A DNA stretch of 64,000 nucleotides from an uncultured Gammaproteobacteria bacterium (GCA_964518565.1 CAZFGX010000001.1:524470-588469), one strand, 5' to 3'; shown: positions 48,569 to 59,024, counted from the stretch's first letter. The notes: a model not told the origin generated them from the sequence alone. Numbers and translations are program-made.

Positions 48569-49759
48569 TTAGTGCAAATGAGCAACTCTTAATTTATGCA
48601 AAACTTGGATCACCAAATATCCACACCCTAAGGAAATAAATCCTCCTATCAAAAAAGGCATTGCTAGACTTGCTTCTGCCAAATACCCTCCTACAATTGG
48701 ACCAAATATCATACCTAAACTCACATATGAAGCATTCACACCCATGATCTCACCTTGAGATCTTGCATCCACTTCTCGTGACAATAGTGAACTTATCATT
48801 GGCCCAACAAATGCGTTTGCCAATGACAATACTACTGATACGGCCATAAAAATAAGTGCTTGGTAGCGACCAAAAAACAAACCAATAAACGCTACACCAA
48901 CCAAAAACAGTGAATACATGAGAGCTTTTTGATCACCAAATCGTTTAACTACTGCTGGAATGATCACTGCCTGAGCCAAGAAACCAACAATACCAAATAT
49001 AGTAAAGTTGACCGAAATTTGTGAAGCATCAAGTTGCAACAATTTCACTGATACTGGTTGGTAAGCAAAAATAAACAAACCAAAAGCAAAAGAGTAAGCG
49101 AGGGAAACAAATAAGGTTTTGCCCACATTTTTATCAACCAATGTTTTGGCCAACGCTACAAAATCAAACAGCTTTTTCTTCGAGATTTCCCCCATATGTT
49201 TGTTGGTTTCAGGCAAAATAGCTATAGTCATTGCTATTGCCACAACAGTAACCACAGTAGCCACCCAAAATGGAATAGAAACTCCCATTTTTACTGTCAA
49301 TGCAGAAATAGCCGGACCAAACACAAAACCAAAATTAAACGCTCCAGAAATAATACCAAAACCCTTTGGTCGTTCAGCAGGCTCAAGCGAGTCTGAGATA
49401 ACTGCTGAAGCTACAGGAATATTGCCTGCAGTAATACCATCCAAAGCCCGGGCGACAAACAACCACACAGCATTTTGTGCTAACGCAGCTAGTACAAATG
49501 ACAAGGCCGTACCAATCAAAGACACAACAAGGAGGGGTTTTCGTCCGTACTTGTCTGATAAGACTCCAATAATCGGTGCCGACAAAAACGAACACAAAGA
49601 GAAAATGGCAAACAACATGCCATTTTGAAAATCTGTTAGGCCAAATCGCTGGGAATAACTGTATAAAATCGGAATAATAATCCCATATCCCAAAGCATTA
49701 ACTACAGCAATTACCGCAATAACTAGTAACGTTTTGTTGTTTTTTATAAGTGAAAACAT
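48569..49759 (-). CDS. MFS transporter
   Basis: 12 TM segments. 'GVLSDKYGRKPLL' is an MFS loop 2-3 motif. Confidence 0.75.
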   Translation of the reverse strand: MFSLIKNNKTLLVIAVIAVVNALGYGIIIPILYSYSQRFGLTDFQNGMLFAIFSLCSFLSAPIIGVLSDKYGRKPLLVVSLIGTALSFVLAALAQNAVWLFVARALDGITAGNIPVASAVISDSLEPAERPKGFGIISGAFNFGFVFGPAISALTVKMGVSIPFWVATVVTVVAIAMTIAILPETNKHMGEISKKKLFDFVALAKTLVDKNVGKTLFVSLAYSFAFGLFIFAYQPVSVKLLQLDASQISVNFTIFGIVGFLAQAVIIPAVVKRFGDQKALMYSLFLVGVAFIGLFFGRYQALIFMAVSVVLSLANAFVGPMISSLLSREVDARSQGEIMGVNASYVSLGMIFGPIVGGYLAEASLAMPFLIGGFISLGCGYLVIQVLHKLRVAHLH

Positions 49760-49817
49760 GAATCTATAATTCTACCCGAAAATAATACAAAGCTCAAGTA
49801 GTATATAATAGCGATGT

Positions 49818-50081
49818 ATGGACAAATTAATCATAAAACGAGACGGAAATACCGAACCATTTAATATTGATAAGATCAATCGAGTACTCACTGCGGCAGG
49901 CCTTGAAAAAACTCATATCGACACAGTCACAAAAAATGTACTGGAGTGGCTTTCTCAGCAAAATACCCCTTCAGTTAGTTCCACACAACTCCGTGAACAG
50001 ATCATTGCCCAACTACATGAAGTGGACCACTACATCGAAGGCCTGTACCGCTGGTACGAAAAGACCAAAGATACGCAATAA
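49818..50081 (+). CDS. ATP-cone domain protein
   Basis: 'IIKRDGNTEPFNIDKINRVLTAA' matches the ATP-cone N-terminus. Confidence 0.5.
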   Translation: MDKLIIKRDGNTEPFNIDKINRVLTAAGLEKTHIDTVTKNVLEWLSQQNTPSVSSTQLREQIIAQLHEVDHYIEGLYRWYEKTKDTQ

Positions 50082-50097
50082 ATGCTAAGATAAATGC

Positions 50098-50856
50098 ATG
50101 ATCCGTTCACATTTATTATCGATTATTATCGTTATCGGCGTCACTTGCTTAGTCACCTACAAAGCCTCATTTCTAAAAAATAAACGTGTTTTTCGACTTT
50201 CCTTGTTTGAAATCCTGTACATGATTCTTTTGCCAGGAATTATTTCAGTTTTAATCAATTCATACGTCAACGGTATTTCTGCCTTACCATTATCTACATA
50301 CGCTGTACTTTCAGATGGCGTACTCAAAAATATCATTATGCTTGCCATTTTATTTACGTATGGTGGGCAAGTGGTTCACATCGTGTCCAAGTCTCTCTTC
50401 TTGGCTGGTCTAAAACACGACGACTCAGAAGCTGCTCAACTAAACGAGTTTCTCCATCTCCCCTTCTCCCACAATCTCATTTATAGCGGATTGTTTCTTT
50501 TGGTAGTCAGTTTGACTCTCCTAGAACTAGGCCACGTGCCGGCATACGAATACGACAAATTGTGGATTCCTATTACTCGCGGTTTAGTTTTAGGTGCAGT
50601 ATTTGTGGGAGCCATGTATAGATACATTCGTCCCGACGAAGAGGAGGATTATCCAGGCAGACGTTGGGCAGACTTTAAAGCTACTTTTATCCTCGGTTGG
50701 GTAGGCACAATTATTATTGCCTACATCGTAACTAAATTCGACACCAATCTCAAAGAATATCAGCTCGTGTTACCCTCTCTTTTAGGCTTCGCCGTCATAA
50801 ATATCGTCAACGTTGCACTATTTTTCCGGCATGTAAAAAACCGCAAAAAAACTTAA
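50098..50856 (+). CDS. membrane protein, unknown function
   Basis: 252 aa with ~7 TM segments. Confidence 0.4.
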   Translation: MIRSHLLSIIIVIGVTCLVTYKASFLKNKRVFRLSLFEILYMILLPGIISVLINSYVNGISALPLSTYAVLSDGVLKNIIMLAILFTYGGQVVHIVSKSLFLAGLKHDDSEAAQLNEFLHLPFSHNLIYSGLFLLVVSLTLLELGHVPAYEYDKLWIPITRGLVLGAVFVGAMYRYIRPDEEEDYPGRRWADFKATFILGWVGTIIIAYIVTKFDTNLKEYQLVLPSLLGFAVINIVNVALFFRHVKNRKKT

Positions 50857-51968
50857 ATATACTTCTTCCCCTTCAATTTTTCCGGCAACAAACTTTCATT
50901 GTCATACATTTTGTATCCCTTACCGTAATTTAGCTCTTTCATTAATTTTGTTGGTGCATTGCGTAAATTCATAGGAATTGGCAAATTTCCATATCTCTGC
51001 ACATCTGCCTTTGCTTGCTGCAATGCGTCGTATGCACGCCGATCCTTTTTACACTGAGCCAAATATACGACTCCTTCAGCCAGAGCAATCGCACACTCAG
51101 GGTAGCCAATTGTTTCACAAGCACGAAATACAGAATTAGCCACCACAAGTGCCGTAGGCATTGCCAGACCCACATCTTCAGAAGCGAAAATCACCATTCT
51201 TCTCGCAATAAACAATGGATCTTCACCTGCTTCAATCATTCGTGCCAGATAATAGATTGCCGCATCTGCATCCGAACCTCTCATGGACTTAATAAACGCG
51301 GAAATAGTGTTGTAATGCTCTTCGCCAACCTTGTCATAGCGCAAATGTCGAGACTGCAAAGTATCTTGTAAATGTTGGATATTAACACTGCCATACAATG
51401 CCTGTGTAGCTTCCAACATTGAAATCATTTGTCTAGCATCTCCATTCGCCAGATTAATGAGCAACTCTCGAACATCGGCCGAAATATTTATTTCTGTACG
51501 GTCCAAAATCTTTCCCATATCCTCACTAGTTAATTCCTGTAAAACAAATACTCGAGTACGAGACAGAAGTGGTGCAATAACTTCAAAACTAGGATTCTCT
51601 GTCGTTGCCCCTATTAATAACAATTCACCTCGTTCAACGTACGGCAATAAAAAATCCTGTTGAGACTTAGTAAATCGATGTATTTCATCCAAAAACAAAA
51701 TCCGTTTTTTGCCCAATATACTTCGAATGTCATCTTTTCCCGCACTCACCGCAGACAATTCAACCATCTCTTCACCTAATGCCTGGGCATAAATTCTCGC
51801 CAATGTCGTCTTACCTACCCCGGGCGGTCCCCATAAAATAAAACTCATCGGATGTTTTTGTTCGATAGCAATTCGTAACGGTTTGCCAAGGCCTACCAAA
51901 TGCGATTGTCCAATATATTGATCAAGAGTTTTTGGTCTCAACAATTCTGCCAGAGGTACATTATTCAT
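50853..51968 (-). CDS. rarA: replication-associated recombination protein A (AAA+ ATPase)
   Basis: 'ILWGPPGVGKTTLA', 'ILFLDEIHRF' and the MgsA C-terminal 'GYPECAIALAEGVVYLA'. Confidence 0.85.
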   Translation of the reverse strand: MNNVPLAELLRPKTLDQYIGQSHLVGLGKPLRIAIEQKHPMSFILWGPPGVGKTTLARIYAQALGEEMVELSAVSAGKDDIRSILGKKRILFLDEIHRFTKSQQDFLLPYVERGELLLIGATTENPSFEVIAPLLSRTRVFVLQELTSEDMGKILDRTEINISADVRELLINLANGDARQMISMLEATQALYGSVNIQHLQDTLQSRHLRYDKVGEEHYNTISAFIKSMRGSDADAAIYYLARMIEAGEDPLFIARRMVIFASEDVGLAMPTALVVANSVFRACETIGYPECAIALAEGVVYLAQCKKDRRAYDALQQAKADVQRYGNLPIPMNLRNAPTKLMKELNYGKGYKMYDNESLLPEKLKGKKYI

Positions 51969-51972
51969 GTAT

Positions 51973-52272
51973 CTATTTTACATTTCTTGTCATCGCGTCG
52001 CGAAAGTAAGCTAATTCTCCAGTTTGATCTACCAGAGTATTAATACCCGTTCCGTCTATATAAGTAATTCGAGCAGTAAATTCAGAATCACCAGGTACAA
52101 CATAGGTTACTCGACGAGCTGAAAAATCAAACTGCGGCTTAGTAGCTTCATATGTTGCCAGTCCCACAATTGCCGTCGCCAAAATTACCATACCCCGAAC
52201 AATAGTCTTATACTCTGTATCTTCTCGCTCCTGTTTCATATCACCCCACAACGGTATATCCCTGTTTCTCAA
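51973..52272 (-). CDS. hypothetical membrane-anchored protein
   Basis: 99 aa with one TM. Overlaps the copZ 5' end by 32 nt. Confidence 0.3.
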   Translation of the reverse strand: MRNRDIPLWGDMKQEREDTEYKTIVRGMVILATAIVGLATYEATKPQFDFSARRVTYVVPGDSEFTARITYIDGTGINTLVDQTGELAYFRDAMTRNVK

Positions 52273-52444
52273 TTACGCTTTTTATAAGGTCATCACTGAT
52301 GTTTTCGGGTCGATGATCAATCGTCACGATTTGTTTTGCATAATCGGCCCTTGCAATCACTCCTATATCCTCTAGCTCACCTTCAATAACCAACGAACAT
52401 GCCGTACAGTGCATTCCTGAAATCGTAAATATTTTCTTTGCCAT
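52241..52444 (-). CDS. copZ: HMA-domain copper chaperone
   Basis: 'GMHCTACSLVIEGEL' is the GMxCxxC metal-binding motif. Confidence 0.75.
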   Translation of the reverse strand: MAKKIFTISGMHCTACSLVIEGELEDIGVIARADYAKQIVTIDHRPENISDDLIKSVIEKQGYTVVG

Positions 52445-52445
52445 A

Positions 52446-53447
52446 TCAATTCACCACAGTAAATTCTCCGGGGTACATTCCCATACCACATGAATAAGCC
52501 AGTATTCCCGGCTTGTCTGGAGCAACAAACTCCACTTGAGCAGATTTACCCATACCTACAATTTTCGACACGTTTAAAGAAGGAATAGTAAATGCCTGCT
52601 GACAACCAGTAGCATTAATATTTTCTAAATGTAAGGTAATTTTTTTACCCGCAGCAAGGACAGGTCTATCTACTCTATAGCCATTTCCAGTAATCTGAAT
52701 ATTTACCTGCGTCACCGGCGGCAACAAATTTACTGGACAAAAGGTAATCGTACAATAAAACGACCGCGCAACTCGCTGAGCATATACTGGACTTCCTAGT
52801 ACAATTGCAGAAGAATTAATATTCCACAATCCCAAGCCCAAAACTACCAAACCCGCCACTCTAGGTAGCCAACGACTACTAGCCGCAATTGCTTTCGCAA
52901 ATCCCATACCCAAAATTGTAAACATTGGCATCGTCCCTACCACAAATACCGCTAACAACACAGCTCCAGACCAAGCATTACCAGTCGTTATCGCCTGAGT
53001 CATAATAGCTTGTGTTGCCCCACAAGGAATCAAAACCGTAAGAACCCCTAACAATATTGGTGCCCATACTTGTCCTGATTTAGATTCACTTCTCAATCTT
53101 CGACCCAACCATCGAGGAGGCGTGAGTAAAAATCTGCGAAAAAATGGATGAACATCAAGCATTGCCAAAGCCACCCCACACATGTATGCAGCAGCAACCA
53201 GTTGCAACCAGCCCATTTGTCGTACAGACAAAAACAATACACTTCCCAACCCCCCTAAAAACGCCCCAAAAATAATATGTACGAACAATTTTGAAATCAA
53301 AAATCCACCAATACCCAGCCATCGACTCGAAGTATGTTCATAGCGTTTGTTGCCAGCCAAAGCAGTTGCCAACAACCCTCCTTGTACTGCAGCGCAGGTA
53401 ATTCCACCTGTAAACAATCCTGCCAAAAAAACGGCTCCCAGATTCAT
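52446..53447 (-). CDS. DUF318/ArsP-like permease with C-terminal Cys/Met-rich extracytoplasmic domain
   Basis: 'LFTGGITCAAVQGG' TM Cys motif. About 8 TM segments. The C-terminal ~100-aa beta-rich domain carries 'YSCGMGMYPGE'. It sits next to copZ. Confidence 0.5.
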   Translation of the reverse strand: MNLGAVFLAGLFTGGITCAAVQGGLLATALAGNKRYEHTSSRWLGIGGFLISKLFVHIIFGAFLGGLGSVLFLSVRQMGWLQLVAAAYMCGVALAMLDVHPFFRRFLLTPPRWLGRRLRSESKSGQVWAPILLGVLTVLIPCGATQAIMTQAITTGNAWSGAVLLAVFVVGTMPMFTILGMGFAKAIAASSRWLPRVAGLVVLGLGLWNINSSAIVLGSPVYAQRVARSFYCTITFCPVNLLPPVTQVNIQITGNGYRVDRPVLAAGKKITLHLENINATGCQQAFTIPSLNVSKIVGMGKSAQVEFVAPDKPGILAYSCGMGMYPGEFTVVN

Positions 53448-53452
53448 AAAGT

Positions 53453-54214
53453 CTATTCTACCAAACGCTCGGGAGAAACCACAGGATACTCAGTATCCAA
53501 CAGTCCTGCCACTTCATCAATACTCTGAACTACCCAGTTTGCTCCAGCTGCTTCCAATTCATCCGCCGGAGCATATGTCGACACCAATCCCACCACATTA
53601 CAACCCGCCTCCAATGCCGATCGAACACCTGCCAAAGAATCCTCTATCACCAAACACTCAGTTGGATCTACACCCATTTTTTGCGCAGTAAGTATATATA
53701 TTTCTGGATCAGGCTTTTGTACTAATACTTCTTCACCTGTAGTTGTGACATCAAAAGCCAATACCAAATTCAACTGCTCTAATTCCTCCTCGACCACATT
53801 CCATCCAGTACCAGTAGCCAACGCTGTCAGGCAACCTCGCTGTTTCGCATACTCGATTAAATTCTCTACACCATCTCGAACCCGAATAGTATCCGCAGTT
53901 CGCTCTGTTAATAAATACGCATCATGTGTTTTAGATACCAAACTATCCACCATCGGCTTTGGATCCATTCGTGCCACTATTCGCCGCCAATTATTCTCAA
54001 GCCCTATTCCCGGTTCATGCCACCATCCAAATGGATATTTTACTAGTATCGATGTATCAAATTGCTCAGTCCGAACAACTGTTGAAAATGCTTGTTCCCA
54101 ATCATCTTCATTATCCAAAACCGTTCCATCTAAATCAAAAATTATTGCTAGTAATTTGTCATGCATATTAGTTTTCTGCAACAATTCGCAACCGACCGCC
54201 ATTAAACACGGCAC
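53453..54214 (-). CDS. HAD-superfamily hydrolase (beta-phosphoglucomutase-like)
   Basis: 'IIFDLDGTVLDNE' (motif I), 'LATGTG' (motif II region) and 'CLVIEDSLAGVRSALEAG' (motif IV). Confidence 0.75.
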   Translation of the reverse strand: MPCLMAVGCELLQKTNMHDKLLAIIFDLDGTVLDNEDDWEQAFSTVVRTEQFDTSILVKYPFGWWHEPGIGLENNWRRIVARMDPKPMVDSLVSKTHDAYLLTERTADTIRVRDGVENLIEYAKQRGCLTALATGTGWNVVEEELEQLNLVLAFDVTTTGEEVLVQKPDPEIYILTAQKMGVDPTECLVIEDSLAGVRSALEAGCNVVGLVSTYAPADELEAAGANWVVQSIDEVAGLLDTEYPVVSPERLVE

Positions 54215-54806
54215 TCTCAGTCGTCAAACTTTTTACTTGAACTCGAATTAGATTTTTTCCAGACCAAAATCCAACCTGTCCAGATTGGACGATTGTACTC
54301 GAATTACTATTGGTTTGCACTTCACTACCCTGAACCCCTATTCCATGAGTAGCATCAAACAGCCTGGCATATGCCATACCACTCCCATTTACCAATTGCA
54401 TAGTCGACTCAAAAACGACTTCCTTAATACCTGGATAATCCTTTGTATCAAAATAAAAGTCTGTTCCAGCTACATCCATCCATGACTGCTGCAAAGAACT
54501 TCCACCACTACCTGGTACGGTGATATAGGACACTCGACGAACTTTGGCTACTGTTGCTACTACAGGTGTACTTGTCGGGGCAGGCGATATCTTTGTCGGC
54601 AAAACGGCAATTGTTGGGCTAGAGGTAACCGCTGGTGACATCTTCATATCTATATACGCCCTACAACTAGCTCCACACTCGTCAACTACGGAGCTCTTCG
54701 AGACCGACACTGGTTTGGTATAAATCTGTTTGTATACCAAATACCCCAACACAATATTTACCACAAATACATCAACCCAAAACAACCAAGAAAATACAGT
54801 TTTCAT
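54168..54806 (-). CDS. membrane-anchored secreted hypothetical protein
   Basis: N-terminal TM and a beta-rich C-terminus. Confidence 0.35.
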   Translation of the reverse strand: MKTVFSWLFWVDVFVVNIVLGYLVYKQIYTKPVSVSKSSVVDECGASCRAYIDMKMSPAVTSSPTIAVLPTKISPAPTSTPVVATVAKVRRVSYITVPGSGGSSLQQSWMDVAGTDFYFDTKDYPGIKEVVFESTMQLVNGSGMAYARLFDATHGIGVQGSEVQTNSNSSTIVQSGQVGFWSGKNLIRVQVKSLTTESAVFNGGRLRIVAEN

Positions 54807-54819
54807 AAATAAAATATGT

Positions 54820-56229
54820 TTACTTCTTTTTATACACAGGTCCAGATTTGGAATCCATGACTATCCAACCCTGTTTTTCGATTTCCACCCGCACAGTATC
54901 GGCATCGACATACCTAGCCTGCAAGCGCAATTCTTCGCGCAATGTTCCCAACTTTACTATTGCCTCAGGTACCACTATTTCAACATGTGCTTGTTCCAAT
55001 CCTAAACCCAAAATTTGATCCCAATCTAATAATTGGTCGAGTTTGTCATAATTTGGAATATTACTTTTCAATAATTCCCACATAACAGCCATTGCAGAAG
55101 GAATCGCCAAATCATCAGAGATCGCTGCCAAAAACCGCTCTCGAAATCCATCCAGCTTTTTCAGTTTGTCTCGCGAAAGTTCAGTTCTGACTGTGTCTTT
55201 TTTTGCCTCACGAACAAAATCAACCAATTTATCATAAGCACTCTGGGCAGCAGCCAATGCCGACCAAGTAAAATTCATCGGGCTCCGATAATGAGCAGTC
55301 AAATATAGATATCGTAAAGCCCGAGCCGAAAAACCTTTTTCCACCACATCTTCCACCCGATAGACATTTCCGAGCGACTTGCTCATCTTTTGGCCATCAA
55401 CATTTAAAAATGCATAATGTAACCAATACCTCGCAAATGGTTTACCTGTAGCAGCTTCAGACTGCGCCACTTCGTTTGGGTGATGGACAGGCAAGTGGTC
55501 TTCGCCACCAGTATGAATATCAAATGTTTCACCCAAATATTTCATAGCCATAGCCGAACATTCCACATGCCAACCAGGGAATCCTTCACCCCACGGAGAT
55601 GGCCAATACATGACATGATCCACAAATCGACCAACACGTTTAAACCACAAAGCAAAATCCTCCGGATGTTTTTTATGCTCTCCTGTATGTACCCCTTCAC
55701 GAACAGCTACATGTTTTCCAGCCAAATATTGTCCAAATAAACCATCATATCTAGGAAATTTTGCCACATCAAAATACACAGCTTCCTCAGTTTCGTAGGC
55801 AAAACCTTTATCTACCAAGGTCTGCACCAAAGCAATTTGCTCTGGTATATGTTCAGTTGCTTTGGAGGAAATAGTGGGTCGAAGTATTCCGAGTAAATCC
55901 ATAGAATCAAAATGAGCCTGGGTAAAAAATTTAGCTACTTCCCACGCAGTCTTACCAAATTTTTTTGCTCCTTTTTCCATTTTATCTTCACCATCATCAC
56001 CATCAGACACCAAATGCCCCACATCAGTAATATTTTGTACATGAGTTACTTCATAACCAAAATAAGTCAATACTCTGCGTAATACGTCATCGTACGTATA
56101 TTTCCTACCGTGACCAATATGATCATAATCGTATACAGTGGGACCACAGGTATACATACCAACCTTACCCTTTTTAATTGATTCAAAATCTTCGACAGTC
56201 CGAGAGAAAGAATTATAAATTCGCATCAA
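54820..56229 (-). CDS. cysS: cysteinyl-tRNA synthetase
   Basis: 'MYTCGPTVYDYDHIGHGR' (HIGH) and 'KMSKSLGN'. Confidence 0.9.
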   Translation of the reverse strand: MMRIYNSFSRTVEDFESIKKGKVGMYTCGPTVYDYDHIGHGRKYTYDDVLRRVLTYFGYEVTHVQNITDVGHLVSDGDDGEDKMEKGAKKFGKTAWEVAKFFTQAHFDSMDLLGILRPTISSKATEHIPEQIALVQTLVDKGFAYETEEAVYFDVAKFPRYDGLFGQYLAGKHVAVREGVHTGEHKKHPEDFALWFKRVGRFVDHVMYWPSPWGEGFPGWHVECSAMAMKYLGETFDIHTGGEDHLPVHHPNEVAQSEAATGKPFARYWLHYAFLNVDGQKMSKSLGNVYRVEDVVEKGFSARALRYLYLTAHYRSPMNFTWSALAAAQSAYDKLVDFVREAKKDTVRTELSRDKLKKLDGFRERFLAAISDDLAIPSAMAVMWELLKSNIPNYDKLDQLLDWDQILGLGLEQAHVEIVVPEAIVKLGTLREELRLQARYVDADTVRVEIEKQGWIVMDSKSGPVYKKK

Positions 56230-56242
56230 CCAATATTACCAC

Positions 56243-56659
56243 TTAGCGTGATCCGGTTCGCATACCAGTTCTACCTTGTCCACGTCCACCACCGAATCCA
56301 CCTCGACTTTGGAATCCACCACGTCCGCCACCAAAACCACGGTTAGAATTACCAAAATCTCGAGGACCACGATCAAAACCACGTGAATTACCAGCTGGAC
56401 GATCTTCCATAGGTTTAGCCACATTTACAGTTAAAACACGGCCATCTAAATCCTTGCCATGAAACATTTCGATTGCTTTTTGAGCTTCTTCTTCTGAAGC
56501 CATCTCGACAAATCCGAACCCACGAGAACGTCCCGACATCCGGTCAGTAATGACTTTTGCAGAAGTTACATTTCCAGCAGAAGAAAAGGCCTGTGCCAGA
56601 CCATCGTCTGTAGTAGCCCAAGCTAGTCCGCCGACATACAATTTATTGTTCATTGGCAT
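56243..56659 (-). CDS. RRM-type RNA-binding protein with Gly/Arg-rich tail
   Basis: RNP2 'KLYVGGL', RNP1 'RGFGFVEM', and a C-terminal RGG/GGR repeat. Confidence 0.7.
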   Translation of the reverse strand: MPMNNKLYVGGLAWATTDDGLAQAFSSAGNVTSAKVITDRMSGRSRGFGFVEMASEEEAQKAIEMFHGKDLDGRVLTVNVAKPMEDRPAGNSRGFDRGPRDFGNSNRGFGGGRGGFQSRGGFGGGRGQGRTGMRTGSR

Positions 56660-56697
56660 AAGTATACGGCAAATCTAGGCCAGTGTATAGGGGCAAT

Positions 56698-57102
56698 TTA
56701 CCCGGCTACGTTTTTCGGCCCTTCCTGTGAACCCATTTGTCCTTTCAACGCCTTCAGCCAAACCGGGTCTTCCTTTTTCTTTTTTTCTTCTTGTTGTTTT
56801 TTTGCTTGTTTCACTTGCTCCTCTTGCTGAGCTTTCTCTTGTTCCTTTTTTTTCTTTTCCTTACGTATAGTATCAATTTCATTATTAATACGTTGTAAAT
56901 TGGCTTGTGTCTCTTGTTCTACCTGATGTTTTTTATCCGTTGGCAAAGCAGAAATACCCGTCTCTTCCAACAAGGATTTTTGTGGACCCAACACATGCTC
57001 TTTCAAATCTTTAGCGACTTTTTTTGCTCCCTGACTAGCAGAAGTGGTCAAATTTTCAAAACTAGTTTCATAAGGATTTTTGACAACTGATCCTGGAGCC
57101 AT
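56698..57102 (-). CDS. Lys/Glu-rich hypothetical protein
   Basis: Start taken at the internal Met (MAPGSV), 4 nt downstream of the ldcA stop. Low-complexity KE-rich tail. Confidence 0.35.
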   Translation of the reverse strand: MAPGSVVKNPYETSFENLTTSASQGAKKVAKDLKEHVLGPQKSLLEETGISALPTDKKHQVEQETQANLQRINNEIDTIRKEKKKKEQEKAQQEEQVKQAKKQQEEKKKKEDPVWLKALKGQMGSQEGPKNVAG

Positions 57103-57106
57103 ATTA

Positions 57107-58153
57107 CTAATTGTACACTGTTTCCAAATAGCAAATTTCCGCTCTATCGTTCTCAACAACCAAACGTGCACGAATACCATTTGGAATTGCCAAAAATCGG
57201 TGATTTGCTTTCATTTTTTCATCCATAGACAACTCCTCATAATCCCACTCCGCATGACCAAAATCATCACAAAATGCCAACGGTATTCTCTGTCCTCCCC
57301 ATTTTTTTACTCGAGCGGTAATAATATCTCGAGCAGACAGATCCTTACCCCAATCTGGATACGACAGCTCACGAATATTGACTAGTCGGCCAATAAAAAT
57401 CCCAGCGATTCTATTTGCTCGCTTGTGAGCCAAAATTACATCAATCTGGCGTTGTAACGTACTTTTCTCAATATCCAATTCTTCAATTCCTAACAAAATT
57501 GGTCCAGAACCATACATCAAAGGGTCAAATCGAGTCCCAAAAGAAAAAATTAATGTTTCCAAATCCGCCACCACAATCCTCCCCTCACCCACTCCGGAAA
57601 TACTTGGCGTCCACTTAGCAGAGGAACTGACCCCATCCACCACCTCTCCAAATACAATTTTTCGTAACGTTTCAGCTGATTCCTCATCCCATTCAGACAA
57701 TCCCCACAAAGTCGGCCCCATCAAGTTGGCAATTCTGTACGATGTCAAAGCATTCAAAATCATGCAGACATCAGAATAGCCAATAAACCATTTTGGATTT
57801 TGCTGCAAATATTTCATAGTTTCCCGGTTCAACACAGGTAGCACTTCGGTCGCTGCATAGCCTCCACCAGCAGACCAAATAATAGCCACTTCCGGGTCAT
57901 AAATCATATCTTTTAGATCCTCCATCCGCTCCTCGGGCGTTCCAGCTGCAAAATCTCCCACCCTAGAATACACATGTTTACCCATTTTTACCCTCAAACC
58001 CCATTTTTTGATTATTTCCAGACTAGCCTCCAGCTCAGACTTTTCCACGGCATCAGACGGAGCAATCACTCCTACCACACTCCCAGCCTCAACCAGCCTC
58101 GGCTTAATGATATCTGTCATCCCTCTATTATAACTAATACGTCCGTCTACCAC
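57107..58153 (-). CDS. LD-carboxypeptidase (peptidase S66)
   Basis: 'GVIAPSDAV' (nucleophile Ser context), 'IWSAGGGYAA' and a C-terminal His/Glu region. Confidence 0.7.
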   Translation of the reverse strand: MVDGRISYNRGMTDIIKPRLVEAGSVVGVIAPSDAVEKSELEASLEIIKKWGLRVKMGKHVYSRVGDFAAGTPEERMEDLKDMIYDPEVAIIWSAGGGYAATEVLPVLNRETMKYLQQNPKWFIGYSDVCMILNALTSYRIANLMGPTLWGLSEWDEESAETLRKIVFGEVVDGVSSSAKWTPSISGVGEGRIVVADLETLIFSFGTRFDPLMYGSGPILLGIEELDIEKSTLQRQIDVILAHKRANRIAGIFIGRLVNIRELSYPDWGKDLSARDIITARVKKWGGQRIPLAFCDDFGHAEWDYEELSMDEKMKANHRFLAIPNGIRARLVVENDRAEICYLETVYN

Positions 58154-58739
58154 TCATTGCGTGGGTCAAAGTCTGGTCATCCGCATACTCAATATCTGCC
58201 CCTATCGGCAAGCCGTGAGCAATTCGTGTTACCGACAAATTTGTCAGACCTAGATTACCGATTTCTCGCTTGATATACAGTGCCGTTGCTTCACCTTCCA
58301 TATTTGGATTCACTGCCAAAATCACTTCTTTGACCGATCCGCCACGTAGTCGTGTCATCAATTGCGAAATTTTTATTTCATCAGGACCTATGTTGTGTAA
58401 CGGATCAATAATTCCTCCCAGTACATGGTATACACCACCAAAACCCCGACCCCGTTCCAATGCCAACACATCGAGTGGTTGCTCAACCACACAAATAATT
58501 TCCTTATCCCGATTCGTGTCTGCACAAATATCACACGGCGAACTCTCAGAAATATTGTGACACTCAGCACATTCCATCGTATCTCGTTTTAATGCCGACA
58601 AAGCATGAGCAAAACTATCCAGTTGTTGTTGAGGCACATGTAATAAATAGTAAGTTAGACGAGCTGCACTTTTTGGCCCAATACCTGGCAAACGTTCAAA
58701 AGATTCAGTCAAATTTTTTATCGCCTTGGCAACACGCAT
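58134..58739 (-). CDS. recR: recombination protein RecR
   Basis: 'LPGIGPKSAARL' HhH, C4 zinc finger 'CAECHNISESSPCDIC', and Toprim. Confidence 0.9.
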   Translation of the reverse strand: MRVAKAIKNLTESFERLPGIGPKSAARLTYYLLHVPQQQLDSFAHALSALKRDTMECAECHNISESSPCDICADTNRDKEIICVVEQPLDVLALERGRGFGGVYHVLGGIIDPLHNIGPDEIKISQLMTRLRGGSVKEVILAVNPNMEGEATALYIKREIGNLGLTNLSVTRIAHGLPIGADIEYADDQTLTHAMSGRRTY

Positions 58740-58754
58740 CCACCGATTGTACTC

Positions 58755-59024
58755 TTATCCTTGTCCGCCGGAAATATTCATCAGTTCTTTTGCTGCGAGT
58801 TCCTGACTCTTCCGAATTGCTTTATTTAATACATCGTTCAAAACTTGATTAGACAAACCTTGAATTTCTAATTCCAAAATTTTCTGATCTCCGGTGATCA
58901 CTACTTTTACTCCACTTTCTTCGACAGTGATTTGTTGTGCCGATAGACTCTTTTGCATCTGCATAGCTTGCTGACGCAATTTATTGATATCGCCGAGTTT
59001 TCCAAATGCATCTGTAATTCCCAT
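58755..59024 (-). CDS. ybaB: YbaB/EbfC nucleoid-associated protein
   Basis: 'MQMQKSLSAQQITVEESGVKVVITGDQKILELEI'. Sits in dnaX-ybaB-recR synteny. Confidence 0.85.
   Translation of the reverse strand: MGITDAFGKLGDINKLRQQAMQMQKSLSAQQITVEESGVKVVITGDQKILELEIQGLSNQVLNDVLNKAIRKSQELAAKELMNISGGQG

Noticed and set aside
49119-49628. 169-aa plus-strand ORF inside the MFS transporter gene
   Set aside because: It is antisense to a 12-TM MFS gene with convincing motifs. Its composition (Thr/Ala/Ile runs) is typical of the shadow frame.
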